Position numbers and translations under genes: made by a program
In this document: in pieces, positions 27,548 through 35,704 of the stretch
Position numbering within the stretch: position 1 is the first letter of the stretch
How the letters are laid out: each line of letters opens with the position of its first letter
Notes under the pieces: generated by a model
Told to the model about the DNA's origin: nothing
What the model saw: the letters and a program-made list of their open reading frames with translations, nothing else
Database searches by the model: none
NCBI GenBank assembly: GCA_020723325.1
Contig: DYJD01000002.1
Coordinates: 159,629-223,628 of the forward strand
DNA length: 64,000 nucleotides
Direction of reading: 5' to 3'
DNA from: Desulfosudis oleivorans
GTDB taxonomy: Bacteria > Desulfobacterota > Desulfobacteria > Desulfobacterales > SURF-7

Positions 27548-28654
27548 ATGGCCGCCATGGGTCGCAGAAAATTCTTACAAAGGTTGATCAAGGGCTTGGC
27601 AGCCTGGCCCCTGATGAATCTTTTATCCACATCCATGGGCAGAGCCGAGGAACAGGTCCTGGAAAATGATTTGTTTTATCGGCCGTTGAACGGGGCTGTC
27701 CTGCGGGAGATCGCCGGCCGCAAGCTGCATCATGACGGCAATCGTTTCATCAATCCGGTGGGGTTGTCCCAAAACGGACGCTTCATAGATCTCATGCGTT
27801 GGAAATTTTTCAGCCTCAACGCCTTCAGCTCCTATCTTGGGGATCAGCCGGTTCTGCCCATCACCATTGATTGGGCGGCATTAAAAAATCCATCCGGACT
27901 TTCCATCACCTTCCTGAAACACGCCGGCCTGCTTATCCAGGATCAGGACCGGACCTTGCTGGTGGATCCCATTGTGGACAACATTTTCTGGTTTATCAAG
28001 GATTACAACCCACCGGCCTTTGGGGTGAGCAACCTGCCCAAACCGGATCATATCCTCATCACCCACGGGCATTACGACCACCTGGATCTTCCCACCCTGA
28101 GCGCCTTTTCCAAAGACACCCATGTGATCAGCCCCCTGGGCTATGAAAGCGAATTCGAATCCCTTGCCATGCACCGGCGCACCCAATTGGACTGGTTCGA
28201 CACCTATGCGGAGAAGGGCCGGGACATTATCCTGCTGCCGTGCAATCACTGGACCATGCGCAGCCCCCTGGAAGGGCCGAATACTTCCTTATGGGGCTCC
28301 TATCTGATCCGCACCCGTGAAGGTTACAGCATTTATGTTTCCGGCGACACCGCCTATTTTGACGGATTTGAGCAAATCGGCGCGAATTACAACATTGACC
28401 TGGCCGTCATCAATCTGGGCGCCTACGAGCCCCGCTGGTTCATGGGTCAGAGCCACATCAACCCAAGGGAAACCGTCCGGGCCTTTCAGGAGCTTAAGGC
28501 CAAGAAGCTGATGATCGTCCACTGGGGGGCCTTCCAGCTCGGTGATGAGCCGGTGCATTTCCCGCCCTTGCATATCCGCGAGGAGCTGGGCAAGGCCGGT
28601 TTGCTGGACCGACTGGTGGAATTACGCAGCGGGGAGACTTATATTCCAGTGTAA
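27548..28654 (+). CDS. Tat-exported MBL-fold metallo-hydrolase (NAPE-PLD/beta-lactamase-fold family)
   Basis: ATG 27548 after AAGGAGAGG. Twin-arginine MGRRKFLQRL. HILITHGHYDHLD is the HxHxDH zinc motif. Confidence 0.8.
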   Translation: MAAMGRRKFLQRLIKGLAAWPLMNLLSTSMGRAEEQVLENDLFYRPLNGAVLREIAGRKLHHDGNRFINPVGLSQNGRFIDLMRWKFFSLNAFSSYLGDQPVLPITIDWAALKNPSGLSITFLKHAGLLIQDQDRTLLVDPIVDNIFWFIKDYNPPAFGVSNLPKPDHILITHGHYDHLDLPTLSAFSKDTHVISPLGYESEFESLAMHRRTQLDWFDTYAEKGRDIILLPCNHWTMRSPLEGPNTSLWGSYLIRTREGYSIYVSGDTAYFDGFEQIGANYNIDLAVINLGAYEPRWFMGQSHINPRETVRAFQELKAKKLMIVHWGAFQLGDEPVHFPPLHIREELGKAGLLDRLVELRSGETYIPV

Positions 28655-28657
28655 GAG

Positions 28658-29647
28658 TCATTCTCCCAAAACCGACACGACCTTGTCGGCCAGGGTCTCC
28701 GCCAGGCTTTCCACCGCATTGCGCACGGCCTCCCGGCGATTCGGGTGGCCCTTGCGCACCGCCTCCCTTACTTCACCCACTTGTTGATTGGTTGTGCGCT
28801 CAAGAAAACGGATGGTCACCGTGGCCCGGATAAAACGGACTTCCGGGTTCTGCAGGTTCACGTCTTCCAAATGCATGTCGCCCTGGAGCATGAGCCGGCC
28901 GTCCTTTTGGTTCAGGACTAGACTATAGCCGTTTTCCGTCAAACGCCGGCCCACGGCGCTGATCACCGTATCGCTCCCCTCGCCGTCAATGGCCATAAAT
29001 ATCGTCAAACGGCGACGCAATTCCCGAAGGTTTCCTGCCAGCAGGAGGAATTCGTCGGTATCATTCACCGCCGTGACCGGTTGGATCACATGCAGATGGC
29101 TGCGTATTGCTTCACGCTTCAGCCAAAGGGCCATAAGTCCATTCAGGGTCTGCAGCCTGCGAAAATCATTGGGGGACTCCCCCAGCACGTTTTTCAGGCC
29201 GGTCATGGCTGTGGCAATGCTATCAATTTCTTTTTCCCAGGCACGCCTGGCCGCGGCTTTATCCAGCACTGCCAGAGCGTAATAGCCCCCGGAAGCCTCA
29301 TCCTTTTTGCGGAAGCCCATGCGGGCATCGGCCAGGCCCAGGGGGGCAACGGTTTCCACGGCTTTTTCCACCTGCCTTTTAAGGCTTTCCGGATCTTTCT
29401 CCGGGATAATGGCTTGAACCTTGGCCAGGGTTTCCGCGGATACCTTGGGCTGAAAAAGGGCTTTCAGGGCCGCCATGGCCGCCCGGCGGGCCTCGGCTTC
29501 GCTTTGGCCGAACCCCTTGGCCGTTAAATTACTATCAGCCGGGAAATCCTGGGCCTCGGTCAGGGGCGGCGGCGCCTGGACCGGAGCAGCGCACGCGGCT
29601 ATCAGCAACAGGATCATCATTGCCGGAAAATATTTTGTCATTTCCAT
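28658..29647 (-). CDS. lipoprotein with LPP20-like N-terminal region
   Basis: Lipobox LLIAAC. GFGQSEAEARRAAMAALKALF resembles LPP20/FlgP-type lipoproteins. It is co-oriented with the two upstream lipoprotein genes. Confidence 0.55.
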   Translation of the reverse strand: MEMTKYFPAMMILLLIAACAAPVQAPPPLTEAQDFPADSNLTAKGFGQSEAEARRAAMAALKALFQPKVSAETLAKVQAIIPEKDPESLKRQVEKAVETVAPLGLADARMGFRKKDEASGGYYALAVLDKAAARRAWEKEIDSIATAMTGLKNVLGESPNDFRRLQTLNGLMALWLKREAIRSHLHVIQPVTAVNDTDEFLLLAGNLRELRRRLTIFMAIDGEGSDTVISAVGRRLTENGYSLVLNQKDGRLMLQGDMHLEDVNLQNPEVRFIRATVTIRFLERTTNQQVGEVREAVRKGHPNRREAVRNAVESLAETLADKVVSVLGE

Positions 29648-29689
29648 GAAGGGTTCCTCCCAAGGCTGAGGTGGCTAAAAATATAGTAT

Positions 29690-31015
29690 CTATGGTGCTG
29701 CTTTTTTTCCGTCATACACGATAAAACGCGTTTCGCCGGCAGCCACCTTTACGGTTTGCAAGGGAATATCGTCCCGGCAGGCGGTCACTTCCACCTGGTA
29801 GGTCCCGGCCGGCACATACATACGGGTCATGTAGATCTCGCCGGGCAGACTGCGCCAGGAGCGCGTATCGGCCTGCTCCACCAGCATATTTATCAAATTG
29901 AAAAGCGTGATCAAGAGATCCCGGTTGCCCCGGTTTTTGCCGGCATTGGCGATCTGATGGATGGCCACTTGTTTGGCCACGGCCCGGGCCATGGTTTTGG
30001 CAATAATCCGGCCCTTGCGGTCATCCAGGTCCTTGACCGCGATGCGATTGATGTCTTCTGCCAGAAAGCCCTCGGACGCAATGTGTTCGCCCTCCTCGGA
30101 AATCAGCGCAACAATCGTCTTGCGGCACGCCGGCGGGATGATTTCCATTCTGGGAAAGGCAATGGTCAGTGGGCCGTATCCCAGGGTGGGAAGGAAGATG
30201 CGATCCTCGGTCTTTTCCGGAGCCTCGCCGTTCAAATGAATGAACACGATGCGGCCCAGGGCCTGGGTATCTTCATGGCGCAAGGGCGGCTGCCCCCCGG
30301 CCTGCTCGGCGATTTCCGCCACCTCATCCAGGCGATCCACTTTGGCGGCCAGGCGCAGCAGATCTTCCACCAGAAAAGGCGGCATGGGCGTGTCGTAGGC
30401 TTTATGATAATCATTATAAATGCGATGGGCCTTGGCATAATCTATATACGCGTCGTCCAGGGCATTGTCCACCTCGTGGAGCATGCCGCTCAGATAGCGG
30501 GCAAAGGCATCTTCCTTGTAGACGTTCTCCTGGTCGTATTTTGAATTGTAAAGGTTCAGCAGGCTGTCCAGCCGGCGGCATTCCACCAGGGCCTCGTCGG
30601 TCTGGCCGGCTTTCAGATAGGAAAGGGCCGCGAACAGGTTGATCAGCACCCGTTCAAAATCCTCACCGGCATAGGGTAGTAAATAGTCATTGGTTACCAG
30701 GGCCAGGGTGTTGGCGGTCAGGCTTTCCGTCCACAGTTTTTCCGCCAGTTGCTCGGCGGCCTGGAATTTCTGTTGGGCCGCGGCATTTTCGCCGCACCGG
30801 AAATTGGCCATGGCACTGTCCAGCAGATACAAAAGCTCGGCGTTGGAACCATAGTCGGCCCGGTTTTCCTCCACCAGCTCCAAGGCCGCGCGGCACTCCC
30901 CGGCCGCCAGATGGTCAGCCAACCGGTAATGATATTCACGGGTCGGACCGCAGCCGCAGGCCCACAGCAACATCACAAAGCCCACCAGCAGCGGCCATAT
31001 TGGAAATCGTCCCAT
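29690..31015 (-). CDS. TPR-like lipoprotein (COG3014-like, uncharacterised)
   Basis: Start taken at MGRFPIWPLLVGFVMLLWACGC (ATG 31015). It has a helical repeat N-half and a beta-rich C-half. My recollection is that such proteins neighbour LpoB-like genes. Confidence 0.55.
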   Translation of the reverse strand: MGRFPIWPLLVGFVMLLWACGCGPTREYHYRLADHLAAGECRAALELVEENRADYGSNAELLYLLDSAMANFRCGENAAAQQKFQAAEQLAEKLWTESLTANTLALVTNDYLLPYAGEDFERVLINLFAALSYLKAGQTDEALVECRRLDSLLNLYNSKYDQENVYKEDAFARYLSGMLHEVDNALDDAYIDYAKAHRIYNDYHKAYDTPMPPFLVEDLLRLAAKVDRLDEVAEIAEQAGGQPPLRHEDTQALGRIVFIHLNGEAPEKTEDRIFLPTLGYGPLTIAFPRMEIIPPACRKTIVALISEEGEHIASEGFLAEDINRIAVKDLDDRKGRIIAKTMARAVAKQVAIHQIANAGKNRGNRDLLITLFNLINMLVEQADTRSWRSLPGEIYMTRMYVPAGTYQVEVTACRDDIPLQTVKVAAGETRFIVYDGKKAAP

Positions 31016-31056
31016 GGGATCAGGGTTTCCCGGTGATCGGTTGCAGCAGAGGTCGG

Positions 31057-31668
31057 CTACATACCGACGCTGCTTCTTTCGACCAGTTTTTTGATCTTCT
31101 TTTCCCCGATCCATACTTTTTTATGACTCTTGATATCGATCAATTCCAGATTGACCTGATAAAAGCGCACTTGTCTGTCTTCCAATCGATCCGTGATGGT
31201 GTTGATGGAGCCTTGCAGCATGAAATCAGCGCCGAGCTCCTGGCCCTCCTCCTTGGCAGTGGCTTCCGAGGAATGGGCCGCCTGATCCTTTCGTTCTTCG
31301 CGGACTTCCTGACGCTCCGCCTGATCCGCCACGAATTCCACCTGACCGGAATTAATCAGGGAACGCTCCAGGTCCTTGACAAAGGTGCGCGTATTGATAT
31401 GTTCGTCGCTGCGGTTGCGGACAGTGCCCACGATCACCGTGGGGGCCTTGCCCTGGTGACTGTTTTTATAGGTATCCAGCCAGGGGCGGCTCAAGACATC
31501 CGCGATCATTTCCTCAGATACCATGCGGGAATCACTGTCATTCCAACCGCCGCTGACATCCACGGTTTCCCCCACCTCAATGCGTTGAACCCGCGGAGTT
31601 TCACAGGCCACCAGCAGCACCCCTGCAATCCATATGCAACCGATCAATTCAATTATCTTTTTCATCAT
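31057..31668 (-). CDS. lpoB: penicillin-binding protein activator LpoB-like lipoprotein
   Basis: Lipobox VLLVAC. VIVGTVRNRSDEHINTRTFVKDLERSLINSG and ADFMLQGSINTI..Y.VNLELIDI match the LpoB/YcfM fold signature. Confidence 0.7.
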   Translation of the reverse strand: MMKKIIELIGCIWIAGVLLVACETPRVQRIEVGETVDVSGGWNDSDSRMVSEEMIADVLSRPWLDTYKNSHQGKAPTVIVGTVRNRSDEHINTRTFVKDLERSLINSGQVEFVADQAERQEVREERKDQAAHSSEATAKEEGQELGADFMLQGSINTITDRLEDRQVRFYQVNLELIDIKSHKKVWIGEKKIKKLVERSSVGM

Positions 31669-31744
31669 GATGATATGCTCCTTGTAAGTTTGGCTTTATT
31701 CGTGGCTATACTTGGCATGTTTTCAAGGAAAAGACAACTGCCAG

Positions 31745-31833
31745 AAGCGGGCAGCCATTCGCCAGCAGGACGGGTCCGGGCGTCCCGCCGGTGGGTAGGG
31801 GCGGTTCACGAACCGCCCCTACGGCAAGGCCAT
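31745..31833 (+). repeat. partial copy of the composite element core with 28-bp palindrome
   Basis: GTAGGGGCGGTTCACGAACCGCCCCTAC (31795-31822) plus GGCAAGGCCAT. The upstream ~50 nt align with 33876-33920 of the full copy. Confidence 0.7.
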
Positions 31834-33144
31834 CATCTGTTTCCACAACCGTAAAAAACCCGCGGCAGAGGCTTTTTCCAGAAAGTCTTCACTGCATCCA
31901 AGATGGATGGTCGTTACGTTTTTGTAGGTGGTAATGGTGTATATCGTACATCCACCGGGAAATGTGGGGGCCAGAAAAGAATAGTCCATGGCTTTGGTAT
32001 GGCCGAAATCACCAGCCTCCGCGAATACGATGCCGATATTGGTCATGGCATGGCAGTTTTTCAGGAAAGCAGTCAGTTTCTTTTTAAGCCACACAGACAG
32101 GGGATTGAAAAGAAAATTGGGCATCATTTTCAGTTGCATCAGGATAAGAAAAGCATCCAGTCCGATAAAAGTTTTTACACCATCGATTTTTCGTTTTGTG
32201 CAAGCAAGTGCTGTTGCCGGCGTCTGTAAATTTTCACGGGCTTCTTCATGAAGTAATACAACGCTGAAATTTCCAAAGGTCCCCGGCGGCTCCCCCCACC
32301 AGCGACGCAAATTCGCCGTATAGCCAAAGCCCAGCCATTCCGGGTTGTCGCCGCGAGCTTGATTCCATTTCCGCATGGCCAGGCCGAGTGACGACATAAA
32401 GATGTCATTCACCGTAACCCCTCGGTCCTTGGCAAAGGCCTTCAACTTCAACATGGATTGCGCATCCACCTGGATGCTCTCAAAGTAAAGGGGGCCCGGG
32501 GGGCTGATTCCTGCACTGGTGTTGTTATCCCCCATGAGATGTAAGCGTGTGTGATGGCGCAGGTTGAAGTTGACTATTCGGCAGATGTTGATCATGCCGG
32601 CTTTGAGGATCAGCCATAAGTGGCGGGCATGGAAGTTTCTCGCGATTTGCCACCAACTTCTGCCTGGATCGAGTGCTTCAGAAGGCTTCCAGTCCTGATT
32701 GTAATATAATCTCTGATAAATTTCAGCGAACTTGACGCAGATCCTTTTCAGGCCTTCACCATCAACAACCAGGTGATGGACCTGAATCACGAAAAAATGT
32801 TTCATGGGGCCATCGATTGAAATAATGCGGATCATGGAAAAAGCGGTGGCATCGATGGGATTCAAAAAGACTTGTTTTAGCTGTTCGTGAGCCGCTTCAT
32901 CGGTTTGAGAATTGATCCGGGTGATTAAATCTTCGACATTTTCTTTTTCAAGAAACTGCCATTTCCCGGACAGCCAATTAACAATGGGTTTGCTGTTCAG
33001 GATCGGAATGATTTTAATCAGGTATTCCAGGGTCTTTATGATAAGATCATCTTTCAACGGCTCTTCAAGGGTTGCCAATCCCCAGATGCAGAACAGATCT
33101 TCATCTCTGGTCAAATTCCATACGACCTGATCCATACCCGTCAT
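31819..33144 (-). CDS. condensation-domain/WS-DGAT-like acyltransferase (HHxxxDG)
   Basis: VIQVHHLVVDGEGL is the catalytic HHxxxDG motif. About 440 aa and lower GC than the surroundings. The last codons (..MALP-stop) lie inside the repeat. Start taken at ATG 33144 (TTG 33168 is possible). Confidence 0.7.
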   Translation of the reverse strand: MTGMDQVVWNLTRDEDLFCIWGLATLEEPLKDDLIIKTLEYLIKIIPILNSKPIVNWLSGKWQFLEKENVEDLITRINSQTDEAAHEQLKQVFLNPIDATAFSMIRIISIDGPMKHFFVIQVHHLVVDGEGLKRICVKFAEIYQRLYYNQDWKPSEALDPGRSWWQIARNFHARHLWLILKAGMINICRIVNFNLRHHTRLHLMGDNNTSAGISPPGPLYFESIQVDAQSMLKLKAFAKDRGVTVNDIFMSSLGLAMRKWNQARGDNPEWLGFGYTANLRRWWGEPPGTFGNFSVVLLHEEARENLQTPATALACTKRKIDGVKTFIGLDAFLILMQLKMMPNFLFNPLSVWLKKKLTAFLKNCHAMTNIGIVFAEAGDFGHTKAMDYSFLAPTFPGGCTIYTITTYKNVTTIHLGCSEDFLEKASAAGFLRLWKQMMALP

Positions 33145-33164
33145 TCTTGTAGTGTTTTGCTTGT

Positions 33165-33536
33165 TCAAGAGTATTTTCGATGTAGCACCAAACCGATTAA
33201 GCCACCAACAATTGCAGCTACCGCCTGATATACAGGTAAAAATAAAAATACAAGTCCACTTTGAGCGTCTGTATGGATGAAAAAGGCATCCAATAGAAGT
33301 AATACTGAAAAACCTGTGACCACGCTGGCAGTGATCAATAAAACCAAATTTTTCTTAAAATTCCCGCGATGTATGTTGTTAAAAAATAACAATATTCCAT
33401 ACGGCAAACACGCCCATCCGAAAAATTCAGGGATTCCTATCCACCAATCTGCAGACGAAGGGTCGCCAGCATGAAGCATTATCAAAGCTGTGAACAAGAC
33501 GGAAAATACCAAGATAATATTCGTGCACTTTATCAT
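33165..33536 (-). CDS. hypothetical 4-TM membrane protein
   Basis: MIKCTNIILVFSVLFTALIM.. with four hydrophobic helices. Its stop lies about 20 nt upstream of the acyltransferase start, on the same strand. Confidence 0.5.
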   Translation of the reverse strand: MIKCTNIILVFSVLFTALIMLHAGDPSSADWWIGIPEFFGWACLPYGILLFFNNIHRGNFKKNLVLLITASVVTGFSVLLLLDAFFIHTDAQSGLVFLFLPVYQAVAAIVGGLIGLVLHRKYS

Positions 33537-33770
33537 CGTGCTTGTATGCCCAACGAAAAGTTTGGGTGAGGCCAAATGCGAATAACCGTGAACTTCAAAA
33601 AGATATATAATTTTAAATATCTAATCCCGTAAGGTCAAAATACTATTTACCCCATTTGCACCGCCGAATCAACCGGTTGTGATGAAAACAACAGGGGAAT
33701 CGCATGTAAACTTGGCGCGGAATGTGCCTCCAATAATTACCAACATTTTATCCAGCGAATACCATTGTCC

Positions 33771-34083
33771 GCCAAGACAAAGCGATTCGTGGGTGCTTGG
33801 GTTTTGTCTCTGCCATCCAACCTCTCGGGGTCGGGGTCGGTATCGGAATCGGTATCGAGTTTTTTCTTTTCCCCCAAAGGCAATTCGCCAACGGGACGGA
33901 ACGGTGTGCCCTGCCGATATGTAGGGGCGGTTCGCGAACCGCCCTTACGGCAAGGCCATTGTGTTGGGTCTTGGGGTCAGCAGTGAAAACGGCCCTGGTT
34001 TTTCAGAGTCAGGGGAGCTCAAATATTTTTTCGATCCCGATGCCGATAGCGACCCCGACCCCGAAAAACCACATGCGATTGCC
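33771..34083 (+). repeat. 313-bp composite hairpin element, full copy A
   Basis: Left arm TCGGGGTCGGGGTCGGTATCGGAATCGGTATCGA (33826-33857). Core with palindrome GTAGGGGCGGTTCGCGAACCGCCCTTAC (33921-33948). Right arm TCGATCCCGATGCCGATAGCGACCCCGACCCCGA (34031-34064). Terminus ACATGCGATTGCC. It aligns end-to-end with the reverse complement of 50951-51266. Confidence 0.85.
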
Positions 34084-34242
34084 CCAATGAAAACAAAACG
34101 AAAACCATCCGTTTCGAATATTTTGCTGCGATAATAGCACTGCGACTTCCAACCGCGATCCGGCCGAAACGATGACCAAGGCCAAACAGCATTTAGGCAG
34201 CCGAATACGAGCACGAAAAACGGATACTTAAATTTCTTCATA

Positions 34243-34509
34243 CTATGGTGCCGCTTTGCGCCTCCGCACGATTCCGCGCAGGAATTCCATCACAAAAGCG
34301 CAAACCAGCATTGCCACGGTTGCCGTGAAATTCCAGAGCCAGTCGTACATATGATAACCGGGGTTGTGAATGAGTTCGGCATATAAAAAAGTGTGGCTGA
34401 AATACCAGTAGGAAAAATTGGAAAGGCCGAAAAACAAGCCGGCATATACCAGGGCAAATAAAAAAGAAAAACCAGCGACTGAAAAAACGGAAACCCGGTT
34501 TGAAGACAT
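34243..34509 (-). CDS. hypothetical 3-TM membrane protein
   Basis: ATG 34509 after GGAAGGAGAG. MSSNRVSVFSVAGFSFLFALVYAGLFFGL.. with no family motif. Confidence 0.45.
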   Translation of the reverse strand: MSSNRVSVFSVAGFSFLFALVYAGLFFGLSNFSYWYFSHTFLYAELIHNPGYHMYDWLWNFTATVAMLVCAFVMEFLRGIVRRRKAAP

Positions 34510-34720
34510 GGTGCTCTCCTTCCAGATAGCAGTGGCAAAAAAAATAATGGTATTGTTGACCATTTCATAATATTAAATAGTATACATGTCAACTTTGATA
34601 TTATCGTCCCCTCCTTCAATACGGTCCAAGAATATTGCAATCATTTAATATTAAAATAAATTAATCATATAATCGCCCAATCGTCATTTTTTTCTTGACA
34701 ATTTACAGGGGGCTGTTCTA

Positions 34721-34748
34721 TTGACAAAGTTAATAGTTATACTATTTA
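34721..34748 (+). promoter_or_regulatory. candidate sigma70-like promoter of the Rieske/Mo-enzyme operon
   Basis: TTGACA (34721-34726), 16-nt spacer, TATTTA (34743-34748), in an AT-rich 220-nt spacer. A second TTGACA lies at 34695-34700. Confidence 0.35.
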
Positions 34749-34782
34749 CTTTTTACACCGGCCTTTGCCAAAGGTGAAATGA

Positions 34783-35388
34783 ATGAAAAGTAAGGCAACC
34801 TGTAATTCAGCGGATTTTGAATCCCAGGATCTGATCCGGTCGGCGGTTCGATCCAATGCGGAGCTGGAACCTTCTGCCAGACGGGAGTTTCTGCATAAAT
34901 GCATCACCGTCGGTGGCTGGGGGGCCATGCTCCTGTGCACCGGGGCAGGCATGTATGAAACCGTTAAATTCTTTTTTCCGTCCGTGGTGTTTCAACCCCC
35001 CAGCCAGTTTAAAATCGGCTCCCCGGCCGACTTCACCAAGCCAGGTTCGCAGGACGCTTTCGGCGTGATCGCGGTGGATGACCGCTTCAAAACCGATCAC
35101 CGCTTTTTCATCATCCGGGAACCGGCCCGCATCTATGCCCTGTATGCCCGCTGCACCCACCTGGGCTGCACTATCAACTGGTTTCCCGGCATCCAAACCT
35201 TCAAATGCCCGTGCCACGGTAGCGAATTTCACTCCAATGGACGACAATTCGCCGGACCGGCTCCGCGGCCCCTGGACCGTTTAAGGATCAACCTGGATGC
35301 CCAAGGCAGCCTGGTGGTGGACACCCGCACGGTTTTTTCCGCCGCGGAATTTGAGGAAAAACAAATCTACATCAAGGTGACGACCTAG
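34783..35388 (+). CDS. Tat-dependent Rieske [2Fe-2S] subunit of a cytochrome bc/b6f-type complex
   Basis: Twin-arginine SARREFLHK followed by a TM helix. Rieske boxes CTHLGCTINW and CPCHGSEFHSNG. Confidence 0.9.
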   Translation: MKSKATCNSADFESQDLIRSAVRSNAELEPSARREFLHKCITVGGWGAMLLCTGAGMYETVKFFFPSVVFQPPSQFKIGSPADFTKPGSQDAFGVIAVDDRFKTDHRFFIIREPARIYALYARCTHLGCTINWFPGIQTFKCPCHGSEFHSNGRQFAGPAPRPLDRLRINLDAQGSLVVDTRTVFSAAEFEEKQIYIKVTT

Positions 35389-35685
35389 ATGCTGGCCCCA
35401 TCGGATCATAGTCAAAGGACCCGTTTGCGAAAAAGGCGCATTGCCCGGGTGACAGCAAGCTGCACTGGCTGTGCCGGCAGTCCCATTTGCCGGATTTTCT
35501 GCAGCCGGGCGGCTCTGACACTGGTGGATGACCCGGAAAATCATCCCTTTAAACGTATCCGGGTGGATTCATCCCGTTGTAACGGCTGCGGGAACTGTGC
35601 GGCCCGCGGACCGGGCAACACCCATCTAAGCGGATGTCCCTGGAATGCCATCCGCCTTGTTGCCATTGCGGAATTGAAAAATTAA
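35389..35685 (+). CDS. small 2x[4Fe-4S] ferredoxin-domain protein
   Basis: Its ATG abuts the Rieske TAG stop. It has CTGCAGSPICRIFC and CNGCGNC..(13)..CP cysteine patterns and a very basic N-terminus (RTRLRKRRIAR). Confidence 0.65.
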   Translation: MLAPSDHSQRTRLRKRRIARVTASCTGCAGSPICRIFCSRAALTLVDDPENHPFKRIRVDSSRCNGCGNCAARGPGNTHLSGCPWNAIRLVAIAELKN

Positions 35686-35704
35686 ACCAAATCAGGAGGG
35701 GGAA

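Noticed and set aside
33945-34241. 98-aa minus-strand ORF starting MKKFKYPFFVLVFGC (lipoprotein-like)
   Set aside because: Only the first ~52 codons are unique sequence. The rest is read-through into the composite repeat, ending at the repeat-borne stop. It may be a real small lipoprotein gene disrupted by the element, but I cannot support it as a feature.
34795-34865. tRNA-like fragments (TAATTCAGCGGA D-loop-like, GGTTCGATCC T-loop-like) at the 5' end of the Rieske ORF; considered as a tRNA, a tRNA-Sec or an integration-site remnant
   Set aside because: I could not fold a cloverleaf. The T-stem (GGCGG/CAATG) and the anticodon stem do not pair, and there is no acceptor stem. The stretch reads through as the N-terminal extension preceding the Tat motif SARREFL.
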